Assembly (NCBI GenBank): GCA_004764695.1
Contig: SMSO01000004.1
Location: 1,426,001 to 1,490,000 of the forward strand
DNA length: 64,000 nt
Direction of reading: 5' to 3'
DNA from: Schizochytrium sp. TIO01
Lineage: Eukaryota > Protista > Bigyra: Labyrinthulomycetes
Made by a program: the position numbers and the translations under genes. The notes beneath the pieces are model-generated. The model ran no database searches, was not told the DNA's origin, and saw only the letters and a list, made by a program, of their open reading frames with translations. Of this stretch, positions 38,030 to 50,000 are shown one piece after another (the first letter of the stretch is position 1; each line of letters starts with the position of its first letter).

Positions 38030-40135
38030 ATGCTCCAATCAGACTTTGTACAGCCGAAGCCATTTTCTATGACTTCATTCGGAATTGACTTTGGAGCGAG
38101 TCGAGGTCCTGGTCTTACAGCAGCAGAGAGCAATTATCGAATTGGGTTTCAAGGCTCATCTGAAGCTGGTCTAGATGGAGCTTGGGGAAATGCTCCGACA
38201 ATTTCCAGTAATCAGCGTGACCAGAGCTCACCAACATATGCCCCTGGAAGGTCTCCAGACTTTCGTAGGCATCACCCTTCCCAGGAAAATGCGGGTGAAG
38301 ACACTCAGGCAACAAAACTCAGCAAACAAGAGCAATTCCGCAGAGAACTCGACATGCAAGTTGCCTTGAAAAATCAGCGAAAAGCACAAGAGAAAATTGA
38401 GCTTCAGCAGCAGCAGGAAAAGGAACGTATCGACATTGCAAACTATAATCCATTCGGTAAAGGCGGTGCAGGAGCACCAATTCGAGATGCCAATGGTGCA
38501 TTGGTGACAGATTTGCGGCAGCCACGGGGTCTTGGTTCTCCGTCACATCAAAATGATATGTATTCTTCATCACAATTTTCTCCGGATACAAAGTACACTA
38601 CGAATCGTGCAGTACAGCAGCAGTATCCTTCATATTCATCACAGCCTCAGTACTATGCCTCACAAGCTCAAGGTAAATTTGTCGATTCTACTTCTAACCC
38701 CATGAACAGTCTAAACGGAGCTCTGCGTAGCACATACGTGCCTCCTCTTGATTTTGATTCGGGTGGTACCAATACAGACTCTAACTTCAGCAATTACAAC
38801 TATGGTATTAATAATAATAACCCAACGCCGGCGCAGGGAACAACAGAAAGCGCACGAATGCATTCTCGTTTCAGTTTCCATCGAGCGGCACCAGAAGAGC
38901 AAGAACGAATTCAGGAGAAACTTCGAAAGCAGCAAGAAGCTGAACAATTTCTCCGTGAACAACTTGAAGAAAAACGACGAAGAAAGGAGCAAGAACGTCG
39001 CGAGCAAGAAGAGGAGGAGCGCAAAGAGGACGAGCGCTTACAACGAGAACGAGAAGAGCTTCGCATGGCGTTTGAACGCGAAAAGGGTCGCTACAATGCC
39101 TCCTCCAAGTCAAATAATCAATCTACGGCAGATGAGGGAATTCCCCGTCCACCTCCAATGCAAGAAGCATATGACCCACCGGCAAACAAGTCTATCAGAA
39201 ACAAAGACCGTGGGGGGGGGCTTGATGGAGCAGGAAGTACCTTACGCAAAACTTTTGAGGTGGAGTCACCGCAATATGACCGACGAACTCAGGTGGAAGT
39301 GAATTCGCCTCAAATCTCGCCATCTCGATCTCCTCTGGGACAGGCACAACAAAACGGACGCAAAGGAAAGTGGAACCAACCTGCCCCAAAAGAGTTTTTA
39401 CCACCCTCAGATTCTATTCGACCTTATGATTTTCAAGCAAGCCAATCCCAGCAGAACCAAACACAAGAACAACTTCAACTGCAGCAACAACAATTAATGC
39501 AACAAATGCAGCCAGCTCGACGTGATTACTACGGACACTCTGAGGTTGGACATGCCAGACTCTCAGTTCTTCGAGAAGAGCTTCTCGGAGAGTATGATAC
39601 ATTACGACGTCAGCTGCGAAAGCAGGAGGATGCACTGCGTGATCTGTGTCAAGAAGTGAGTGCTCTGAAATACCAAAACGAAGAATCCAACCGCAAACAA
39701 GCTGCAGCACAGCAACGTCGAGCCCGTCAACAGCAGTACAAGAATCAGGAAACTACAGGCTCTCAACAACCCTCAAGCCATGGTCAAAATATGCGGCAAC
39801 AACAGCATACAACCTCACGGCAACACCAAAGCCACCATCGAACACCGTCCAGATCCTCTCTTGGGTCGCTCCATACACGATCAATCTTTGTACAGACTAG
39901 GGGCGAACATGAGCCATCGCAACAGGCAGTTGATACGATGCTTGATGCAAGTCTTCTTCCAAATTCGAGCCAGGTTGCTACTCAATCAGCACGTGGAAGT
40001 GCACTGCGTGGAGGATTCGGCGACACCTTTGACTTGGGAAATTTAGAAATGTCCTCATCATCAACGTCCTTTTTGCGATACGAGGATAACACAGATGAAC
40101 TTGACCGTTTGTTACAAGACTTTATTGTGCACTGA
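38030..40135 (+). CDS. CSPP1: CSPP1/CCDC66-like centrosome and cilium coiled-coil protein
   Basis: 'YNPFGKGGAGAPIRDANGALVTDL' matches the conserved CSPP1 motif, with 'LREQLEEKRRRKEQERREQEEEE' coiled coils. First ATG at 38030. Confidence 0.72.
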   Translation: MLQSDFVQPKPFSMTSFGIDFGASRGPGLTAAESNYRIGFQGSSEAGLDGAWGNAPTISSNQRDQSSPTYAPGRSPDFRRHHPSQENAGEDTQATKLSKQEQFRRELDMQVALKNQRKAQEKIELQQQQEKERIDIANYNPFGKGGAGAPIRDANGALVTDLRQPRGLGSPSHQNDMYSSSQFSPDTKYTTNRAVQQQYPSYSSQPQYYASQAQGKFVDSTSNPMNSLNGALRSTYVPPLDFDSGGTNTDSNFSNYNYGINNNNPTPAQGTTESARMHSRFSFHRAAPEEQERIQEKLRKQQEAEQFLREQLEEKRRRKEQERREQEEEERKEDERLQREREELRMAFEREKGRYNASSKSNNQSTADEGIPRPPPMQEAYDPPANKSIRNKDRGGGLDGAGSTLRKTFEVESPQYDRRTQVEVNSPQISPSRSPLGQAQQNGRKGKWNQPAPKEFLPPSDSIRPYDFQASQSQQNQTQEQLQLQQQQLMQQMQPARRDYYGHSEVGHARLSVLREELLGEYDTLRRQLRKQEDALRDLCQEVSALKYQNEESNRKQAAAQQRRARQQQYKNQETTGSQQPSSHGQNMRQQQHTTSRQHQSHHRTPSRSSLGSLHTRSIFVQTRGEHEPSQQAVDTMLDASLLPNSSQVATQSARGSALRGGFGDTFDLGNLEMSSSSTSFLRYEDNTDELDRLLQDFIVH

Positions 40136-40348
40136 TTGATATCAACATTGAAATCGAATTGTAAGTCAAACAAACCCTCGCTTACATTGTGCTTTCAAAT
40201 ATAAGTTTGCCAGCTGAAAAGAATAGTTTAACATTAATTATTAGAAACAATCCGTTTTGTTTTTTGTTTAGCTCTAGTTCCCGTATTCATGCATTTTTAA
40301 TTTTAGGTCCAAATCTAATATGTTGACTTGACCAAAAATATTCGCCTC

Positions 40349-42520
40349 CTAGACAGCTTTCTTGGATCGAGACGGTAGATACTTACTCATCCAAATCCAG
40401 ATCCGTCTAGGCTTTGACGAATATGTAGCCTCTGGTTTGTAAGACCTACTTGATGAGACCTGCGATTGCAATGGCCCATTGCTACACAAAGCTTCACTGT
40501 CAGCAGAAGAATACCCAAGCAAATTTTCAAAAAGCGTGATTGCATCTATTCGTGTATTGGTTGTAAGATCGAGTCCTGTTCTCACCCAGTAATTAACCAG
40601 CTCATCATACTCGTATTCTTCGTTTCGATAAAGTACAGTCCTACTCATTGTGCCCAATATTCCTGAAGACACTTCTGAGGTCTTGTTAAGATTTTCAAAT
40701 GATACAACTTGACATTGCCTCGAATGTCGCCGCCACTCGTCCCATGATTCCAACCATGAAAGAAACCTATCTTCGCTGATTGACTCGGCAGCACGGGCGG
40801 CTGTTTCAAAGTCAGCTTCTGAGATTTCAACGTAGCCTCCATAAAGCATTTGCAACGCTGAAACAGGCAGCCTCAATCGCTCACGAAGCTCTATTTCGTA
40901 TCGCAGGAAGACACAAACATCATCCGCATCCGGTCCGAGTTGTAGAAGCTTTTGCTTCGCAAATTCATGAACGATTCCCAGTCGCATTACACCACGTCCT
41001 ACTTCACGAAGTTGTTCACGATTAGCTCGAGCATTACTTATTGCTGCCAAAGCGCACATCTGATTTAATGCCCAAATTGGCTTATCACCGCAGGTGTCAA
41101 CACTATCACCAATTCGAGATAGCAATTCTGCTTGTGTCGAGTTTTCGCTGCTTGCTAAGAGCTCCAATACCTCTCGGACACGATTGTACAGACCATCGCG
41201 CAATGGAGTTGTATTGTATTCTTTCGAGTCTCGAAGGCGGCGTAAGAACATTTGTACTCCTCTTTGGTATGCTGGATCAATATTCAATTCAACATTGGGA
41301 TGCCAAAAGCGTAAACTTTCTTCTAAATCACGAGCTGCAATGTCCCTGCTTGATCCTTGAACTGCATTGTTATCAAGCTCTTGAGTAGTATTTGGCAGTC
41401 CAATAATTTCTATATTAACGTGAGGGACTTGTATGGTCTGCAAAGCCGCAAGAGCATCTCCCAGGATACCTGTGCCTACTAATCGGATCAAAAGTGGCGA
41501 GGTGTTACGTCGTGTCGCAAACAAGCCTGATGGCAGGCAAGTCACGCCCCAACAAGCTTGCAAGATAACTGCATTCCCTCCAACACGTATATTGATTGGC
41601 AGCTCAGCATTTCCGGATAGTCCTTCAATATACATGTTTCCGTTCACATTGAGATTCATGAAAGGCAAAATTTTTGATGAAGGGAGTCCTGTAGAGGTTA
41701 AGAGCCCCGTATAACCTCCTTCGGCGGCTATGCAAAGAGTTCCGCCAATCCAAGTCGATTCGGCAAGCCGAGCTTTCTCACAACAAATAACACGGAGAGC
41801 ACCCTTTACAAAGGCGCGCCGATGCCCTGATGGCTCACTAGAGCTTGCAAAATCCTCTAATACGCTTGATGGCGCTGCGCGGTGAAGAATTTCCTCATCA
41901 GTGTACAATGCAAGATTTGCCCCATATGAAAATACAGCTCTGCCACGTACGGTAAAGTCTTGAGGCAGTTCCTCTAAACTGGGTAAAGTATTTAGCTGCA
42001 AATCTCCGCCGACGTGCAGTTCCAATGGCAAATAAGAAAAGTCGCTGCAATCGATTACCTTACAATCATTTTGAACAAATAACCCCGCTGGCAATGTGCG
42101 CAAGCTTCTGCACCGTACGATAGTAAGTGAACCAAATACCGTCAAACCTTCGGGTAAGTCAAATAGGTTTTCACAGTCTTCAATGTGAAGATCACCAGTT
42201 ACCGAAAACCCATGTTGCAGTCTCTCTAGCTTTATACAATGGCTGATAGTGACATCGCAGCGAACATCTAAGGCAGGGATTTTAGTGACCCCGACTAGAA
42301 TAAGGTATTCCCTTGACATTGGCGGGACCACGATCAATGTACGGTCATTTTGCTTTACAACATCGTTTGTATTGCCAGATTTTTCATACAGGCTTTCATC
42401 ATCACTCCAAAATTTTCGACACCCTGCAAGAGCCTGAACAAGACTTTCGTCACCCTGGCACTCAATCCACTTATCCGTATCCCGTTTAATGCCAGTAGTG
42501 AATCCTTGATGCACAATCAT
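40349..42520 (-). CDS. LRR-like repeat + NEL (IpaH/SspH/SlrP-type) E3 ubiquitin ligase domain + degenerate U-box-like tail, 723 aa
   Basis: N-terminal repeats 'LPEGLTVFGSLTI', 'LPAGLFVQND', 'LPLELHVGGDLQL'. NEL motifs 'FLRRLRDSKEY', 'DTCGDK' (catalytic CxD, Cys at 41090-41092), 'RGVMRLGIV', 'DDVCVFLRYEIELRERLRLPV..MLY' and 'WLESWDEW'. Confidence 0.85.
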   Translation of the reverse strand: MIVHQGFTTGIKRDTDKWIECQGDESLVQALAGCRKFWSDDESLYEKSGNTNDVVKQNDRTLIVVPPMSREYLILVGVTKIPALDVRCDVTISHCIKLERLQHGFSVTGDLHIEDCENLFDLPEGLTVFGSLTIVRCRSLRTLPAGLFVQNDCKVIDCSDFSYLPLELHVGGDLQLNTLPSLEELPQDFTVRGRAVFSYGANLALYTDEEILHRAAPSSVLEDFASSSEPSGHRRAFVKGALRVICCEKARLAESTWIGGTLCIAAEGGYTGLLTSTGLPSSKILPFMNLNVNGNMYIEGLSGNAELPINIRVGGNAVILQACWGVTCLPSGLFATRRNTSPLLIRLVGTGILGDALAALQTIQVPHVNIEIIGLPNTTQELDNNAVQGSSRDIAARDLEESLRFWHPNVELNIDPAYQRGVQMFLRRLRDSKEYNTTPLRDGLYNRVREVLELLASSENSTQAELLSRIGDSVDTCGDKPIWALNQMCALAAISNARANREQLREVGRGVMRLGIVHEFAKQKLLQLGPDADDVCVFLRYEIELRERLRLPVSALQMLYGGYVEISEADFETAARAAESISEDRFLSWLESWDEWRRHSRQCQVVSFENLNKTSEVSSGILGTMSRTVLYRNEEYEYDELVNYWVRTGLDLTTNTRIDAITLFENLLGYSSADSEALCSNGPLQSQVSSSRSYKPEATYSSKPRRIWIWMSKYLPSRSKKAV

Positions 42521-44052
42521 TTACACTACCCTTCCTTGAGGGTTGGCTGGCGTCTATCAATTTATCGTCGAATTCGTTGAGCGGTGAGTGCAGACCCAAA
42601 GGATCTTTTGATGCACTATGTTCAACTCGCTTCACCCGACTCAAGCCTTGTCCAGCTATTCGAGTTCCAAATTGATTCCTTCCTTGCGTAAGCGAAGACT
42701 TTTCCTGGAGCTGGCTAGCTCGAAAACTTTAAAATGCAATAACTCCCTCTAAATCCGCTGCAGATAAATCCAGAGAGCCGTCGCGTCAAGTCCGAGCAGT
42801 GAAGACCTCCTTTCTATAGATGTAACGTCACCGCACAACCAAGCTGTTTTATTGTTCCTATATAACAGAGCAAGTATTGAAAAGTGGGTCTATTAGTTAG
42901 CAGATGCCTTTGGAATTGCAGGTCTCGGTCCAACAAGCACAGAACAAAAGAGAAAAGGTCACTGCGGGACGTTGAGCTCTTGTAGGGCCAGGAAGGAGCA
43001 GCAAAGTGTCGCACCCAAAGAGTGGTAACCTCACAACCAAGCTCGATGCAGGTTCTTGACAACAATGATGCTACAATCAGTCTTTGCTAGCTCACAAGCT
43101 CGTCCTTCCTTTCCCATTTTCAGTAGCTTCTTTTAACTCATAAGATTGCCTTAAGAGCTCCTCCTATTGCGTTTTGATTAGTCTTAGATCCTTGTATCTC
43201 CCACAGAACGAAGAAGGCGCATTGAGCTGGTGCAAGCAGTTTAAAGCACCAATACTCCTGCATTTTTCTGTGCGATGCTTGCCAATTTATCATGGTGGCT
43301 CGTTATTCAGTTTAGCTCGGGCCTAGAACCCCAGGTCTTTGCCTGCAATTGCTAGGCCGCAGCAGATGCGCTAGAATTGACTGCACAACTCTTTTTTTAA
43401 TTTTACTCGTTACATGTACTGGAGAGTAAAGGTTTAGCCCAGTTTTGCATGCCAGGGTGCTCTGTTCTTCTACTAACTCAAAGAAGCAAACGTTAGTTAA
43501 CAGTAAGTATTTTAAATGAGAGAAGTGGAAAAATCAGAATAGAACGAATAGAACACGCACTTCTCTAAACTCGTACCTAAGCAGGAGAAGAGAAGAGGCT
43601 TGTGTTTGTGGTTTAAATACAAGTTTACTCAAGTATGGTTTGTAACACGATGTAGAAAATAGATAAAGGGAAACAGATCTCTGTCGGAGCTTGGCTTGCT
43701 TTAGCCTAGCGTGGCGCTTCTCCTGCCGCGCAGATGTACCTTTACGGTAGGCTGTCGCAGGGCGGCGACAAGGGCCCCGACACCTTGCAGAATACCTTGG
43801 ATGTGAGTACCATACTGAGAGAAGTTCAATCCTGGATCGACTTGGTCGAGTGATAGTGCAGCTCTTTCTTCAAGTCAAAAAGACTCTGCTGCTTGCTTTT
43901 TGCTTTTGACAAAATTAGCAAGCTCGTCGAAACCACGAACATAATTGGAGTTTAACTCTCTGCGTTGCTTCCCAATGATCTATTTGCTCCGTTGAGCTTG
44001 AGCTTTTCCCGCTATAGTTGAGCATCTTGCACTCTGCTGGGCTTGGAATTGG

Positions 44053-47000
44053 ATGGCGGATTTAGTGCAATCATTTATGCCCTTGACTAAGGATATTTCG
44101 GGCATCTTTGGCTCCACGGTAATTCCCATCATCAAATTTTTGCTATATCTCCATAAAAGCAGAGTCAGCGAGCTGAGCATCGCGTGCGTGGAGAAGAAGT
44201 CAGATTAGACAATGAGAATTAATTTTGTGAGGCAAGATGAGAATGGAGAAGTTGACTAACATCGGATTACTGATTCATGTATTCCAAAAATGCTTTATGT
44301 ATCGTATTTTGTTGCCTTAATCGGCAACTCCCACTTGGTATGGTTGCTTTATTCGCTAACAATAATATATGGCACCCTGTGGCTTGAAATTCTGATGTGA
44401 AACGCGCATTTATTATTTTTTTTTTTTTGAGGGGGGACATGTTCAATTCAACATGAAATAGGCTTTGCGAACCAAAAACAAGGATGATAGGGTCGTCGCC
44501 GCCAAACGTGTAAGACGCTACTTGGAGCAAGAAAGCCGGAGTCGCTCTCAGGAAAGTTTTGCACGTGTGCTACAAGCTGTAATAGAGCACATGGAAAGCT
44601 GGAAGAAAACGCCAAGTTCCACGGACAGCTTAGCTTGTACCATTTTGATTCATGAAATTGTGCAAATGCCACATCCAGAGGTGAAAAAGTCATCAATTCA
44701 AGTTGTTGTTGTAAATTTACTTACTCGTATTGTCCAGCAAGAAGCCTCAGGAAGAATACCGAGTTCTGATTCAAGCCCTGGTCTTGTGGCACTCGAATCA
44801 GCGTGTCACGTGCTCGGCAACCTTGCCACGGGACCAGCGTCTGTAACATCTTTTTTTGTGGAGAGAGAAACCGAAAAGGCCCTTGAATGGCTCAGCGCAA
44901 AGAGCACCCATGAGATGAAGCGCTTTGCTGCTGTCTTGATGCTAAAGGAATTTGCGCTAAATGCCCCTACACTCTTCAATATTCGTAGTGATCATTTTTT
45001 TGCAAATATATACAGCGCTCTTTGCGATAAACATCCGCGTATTCGGTTCACTGCCGCGATTGCGTTGCGGTATGCTCTCCGTGTTATTGCGCAGCGCGAG
45101 GCTCGTCAGAAATATAAGCTTTACAATGATATTTGGGAACTTGCACGGAAACAGTTTCCTGAAGGAAATGGCGAAGGTAATAAAATTTTACAGAAAGGTT
45201 CGGATGGTGTTGCTGCATCTTCAACCAAATCTCGGCCTTTTTCAAAGTCAAAACGCTCATCAGGTAAACATTCGGGAGGCGGGGGGCTGTTCAGTTTCAT
45301 CAGTGGCGGGAGTGGAGCTGGAAGCACCGTCGCAGAAACACATGACACTGCTGCATCATTGCTCGATTTTGGAGGCGGGGCTGGCCATAGTCCATTTCGA
45401 AGTGCAAGCGCCGTGCATGGTGCATTATTAGGACTCTACGAGCTTATCGGTGAATGTACCGGTGAATTCATTCAGTTCCGTTTTGAGGAAATTTTTAATC
45501 ATTGCATCTGGTTACAAGATGTTCGACTCCATAACGACCCACTTGTTCGCGAAGCAGTCATGATGATTCTCCCGCGACTTGCTCTGCACAGCCCAGACGA
45601 AGGCACCTTTAAAATATTCATGTCTCAAAGTCTGGACTATCTTATCTTTTCTGCATCTTCGTCCGGGGATCCTGGGCCAGTTTATAATGCTACAGGCTCG
45701 CAAAATCGTTACGGTATTCAGTTTCCAACTCGTCCATCTGCAAACTCCACGGCTTCTGGAGAACGGGTCCGCTCTGGCATGTCTACTGGTGGGGACGGAA
45801 ACGGTACAGCACCTGTGGACTCTATGCGGTCCTCCGGCAGCGCTAATATGAATGGGGATGGATCCACTGTTGCACCTGCAAAACCAACACGTGTGGCTGC
45901 GCGCCATGCTGCGTTCCGGGCATTGGGCCAGATCAGTACTCTCAATAAGTCGGCGCTCATGTTCGAGCATCGCTTGTCAGAGATCATGGAAACTATTCGA
46001 GATGGTCTCACGCCTACACCAAAATGGCCATTTTGTTCTGAAGCGCTCTATTGTCTACGACTTATTCTACAGTCTCACGATATTGTCAAAGTTTTAGGAT
46101 CTACTGAGATTCTGCAAGGAATGATTCCAAACCTTTTTAGCGGAGGTCTTAGTGAACCTCTTGTTTCAACTCTTTCCGTGCTTCGAGATAATCTCGCTGA
46201 TGACGTAATTGTTCTTCAGGCTAGACTTCTTCAGGAGGTAACGTCTATTTTGTCTATCTCTGCAGTTCGAGGGGGCAAAAAAAACCGAGCTTTTCAACAG
46301 CATGTGCAAGATAAACAACTGCGTCAAGCGGTAAAGCTTGCGTCATCAGGCCAGCTTGAATCAAGTGCTCTTTCTTCATATATATCGAGACGGGATGATA
46401 CGGTGCATATGTCTGCACGCTCAACGCGTGATGATGGAAGCGCCAAAAATGGAGAGTCCGGTTCAACAATGCGTGATGCATGGAAAGATTTTAAATGGAG
46501 AGCCACTAATCTATGGAACAACACAGGAACAGGAAACGCCAATGTGTTAAAGTCCAAACTTGAGAAGGACGTTTACTCTGATACAGATCCTAGCGCGCAG
46601 CTTCAGATCCTGGCTCTGAGAACTTTGTCAAGCTTCAAGTTTGAGGGTATCGACCTTATTCCAATTCTTGTGTCCGTAGTGACTCGCCACCTTGATGCAA
46701 CTGACCCTCGAGTTCGCATGGAGGCTTGCCGGGCGACAGGCTATATTCTTTCTCGAGCCCTGGCAAAATCCTCAAATGTATGGGCCGAACCATCGAAGCA
46801 GGTTAATAATCCAGAAACTTCTTCCCAGAGTCCGGAAGCTGAGCATCGGCTTTCAGACCTTGCTTTTGGGATTCATGAGTCATCTGATGGCGAGGAAGAG
46901 CAAAGACGCAGTTTAAAGCGCAATTCTCGCCAGCAAGTTCCACTGCACCGCCGGGAACGACCTTCTTCGACACGATCATCAATGGCAGCAGATCGTGACC

Positions 47001-50000
47001 TAAATGGTCATCTCTCCGAAGATGAAGGGGAAGCACTCGATATGCACGCTGTGCACCATGTGCTTGCTCGCTTGGTGATGGTGGCCATGACCGACGATGA
47101 TGTTGCCTTACGTCAGTTTGTTATTGAAGACATGGCCCAGCGTTTTACTCCAATTCTCATGAAAGACCCCGAGTTTGTACGCTCTTTCATGGTATTAGCG
47201 AATGATCGCAATTTTGAAGTGCGAGCGGTTGCCGTAGATGCTCTGGGTTGTTTTGCATCGCAAGCCCCATCGAGTATTATGCCATCTGTGCACGTTTTGC
47301 TGTTGCGTCACCTCAATGAGCTCAATTTTGCAGTAGAACCCAAGCAAAGAGAAGAGTCGGTAGTGCTTCTTGGTTTGCTTATTCGTTCTCTTGAGCCGGC
47401 TCTTGCTCGTCCCCACATCTCCACCATCATTAACACTCTTTTACCCAAAATTCATCGTGTACACAAGGGCGTTGCCACGGCCATGTTGGCCACTCTCGGA
47501 GAGGTAGCCAGGGTAGGTGACGAAGCAACATTATCACCTCTGCTAGCGCGTGTTTTGCCTATCATTGTTGCGATTCTTGAAGACGGATCTTCATCAACCT
47601 ATCTTAAACGAGAAGTGGCTTTATCGACGCTTGCAATCATGGCAAGCAACGCAGCTTTGCCTGTATGGCCATATTTTTGCTTCCCGCAGCTTCTTGATAG
47701 CATATTACGAACAATGGTCATGCCAGGAGCCCCACCGGAGCTCCGCAAGCAAGCGATGATTACATATGGAGTCTTGGGCGCTCTCGATCCATGGCTTTAC
47801 AACAACCATCAACAACTGGTCAAAGAAAGCAATTCCGGTGCAGATAGTGAAAATACTGCTTTTCTGCCAAAAATGCTTCTTGCTTTTGGAGGAAGCCGTG
47901 ACCTTCCTACAGCTGTTGTTCAAGCTTTTGCGGCGCGCAGAGCTGGTTCTGATGATGAGGAAGACGGTAGTGATAGCGAAGCAGAAGCCGAAATCGATTC
48001 AGAAGATGAATTTGCAGACACAGGAAGTGGATTTGAAGTGGATGGAAATGGTGCAGGTTTATCTCATTACGCGCTTCACGCATCCAGTGGGTCGTTCGAC
48101 GGATTGCGATCAGGCTCGTCTCGTCATATTTTATCGCAAGGTCAAGATAAACTAGATAGGAGCAATAATGGTGGGAGCCTGTGGGGTACTCATTCACGAA
48201 AAACTTCTTTTCATGTCAAGTCAGAATTATACCCCCCAAACCAGGTTCCCCCTACCTCTCAGAATGGTAATAATGAAATTAATCGTGGGGTCTCATCCCG
48301 TTCAGTGACAACAATTGGCGTCTCCGAGCCTACAAACTTAGATCCTTCTCGTTTGCCGAACGATCTTTCTTTCAAACCGATTAGCCGCTCTTCCTCTGGT
48401 CATTTATCTTCACTATCGGATATGCCACCCTTACCCCCGCCTCCTCCGCCGCCTCCATTTCCTCCTCCTCCTGATGTTCCGCACATGTCGTTCGGAAAGT
48501 ATGACTTGCATGACCTTCACGGGCATCATAACCTATTCCTGAGTCATGCTCATGCAAATATGCACGCGCTTGATGATACACTTATAGGGAATGGTGCTGG
48601 ATCCAGTGCGGTTGGCAGTTATGGTGGTGCAAATGTACGCCTGGGTATGCATGGAACGGGCCAGTCATCGCGGCGAAATCTACCAATGTTCCTAAACAGT
48701 GTTGAAGGAAGCACCTCTGCTGCAAATGGAGGAAATGGTGCACCATTTTACTCTGTGCAACATCGGCGAGCAACGGTTGCGCATGCAACTTTCCAAGACA
48801 CCTTGACCCGCAAGGTGCAAAGCAAGACTGCGGCAGCGCGCGCATTGAATGTCCGTGGTAGTCGCTCGCGACGTAAATCGTCGATCCGAGTTGTAGCACA
48901 ACAAATCAATGTACTTTCACATGCAACGAAGACAAATAGACGGCGAAGCACGTTGTATCAAATTCAGCAAGGACCACCCCGATCTGTAGGTGCAGAGAAC
49001 ATAGGCAGCAAGCCTGGTGATCACAGTTTTGCTGCCTCAGCTGCAAACATGAACAATATTGCATCACCAGCGAACAAATCTACTGTCATGCATGGTCCAG
49101 GGCCAAAATCTCGCACCGAGGTAGCTACTGCAGCGACAACGGGAAATGTTGACAATCGCGTTGCCCCTCTTGATGAGTTCCATGGTATGGAAGGTAGCTG
49201 GAGAGGGCCAAATGGTACACAAATGTTCTTTGGCGCCGCTGCCTACGCTGCTGCAGCAGCCAATCAACAGATTCAGGATCAGTTAGCTGATGACCAAGTT
49301 GAATCTGATTTGCTTGGACACACTTCAGCGAATGCGATTTTACCTTGCTCCGTGAAAATGAGTGCTGAGTATTACCCCCGAGTTGCCATCACCGCCCTGG
49401 CCAAAGTTCTTACACGCAGCAAAATGGAGCATGAAGAGCACCTAATGACGGCAATTGAAGCAATCAACCGCGTCTTTAAGGCTCTGGAATCCAACTATGC
49501 ACTCTTTCTGCCCCTCGTGATGCCAAGGCTAATTCATGTGATTCAGCGTGCGGCGTCATCGGGTCGTTCAACAACAGACAAGAAACTCCAAGAGCTGTGT
49601 GTGCTAGTCCGGATTGTTGAACAGGATATTACGCCATATGTTCCAGCTATCTTTGAGCTTACACACGAAATCTGGGGGGGGAATTGCAAACCCGCCATTG
49701 TAGAGCTCACTCAAGTAATTGTGGCGACACTTCCTGCAGATGCCTTGCGTCCGCATATGGCAACACTCTTGGATGATATGCTGAGCTTCCTGCACAGTGA
49801 GCGCGATGCTTTGCAGTTTGTGGACTCAGTTCACATTCTTCATGTACTTGCACACTTCAAAACAGCATTAGATGAACATCTTTACCTCGTAGTGCCAACT
49901 CTAGCAGCTCTTGTAGATAGCACTCTAGTTCCTCTGAATGTCCGAACGCTGTCCGTGGAGACTCTCACTAGTATCATTTGCTCTTGCAATATTAGCGAAT

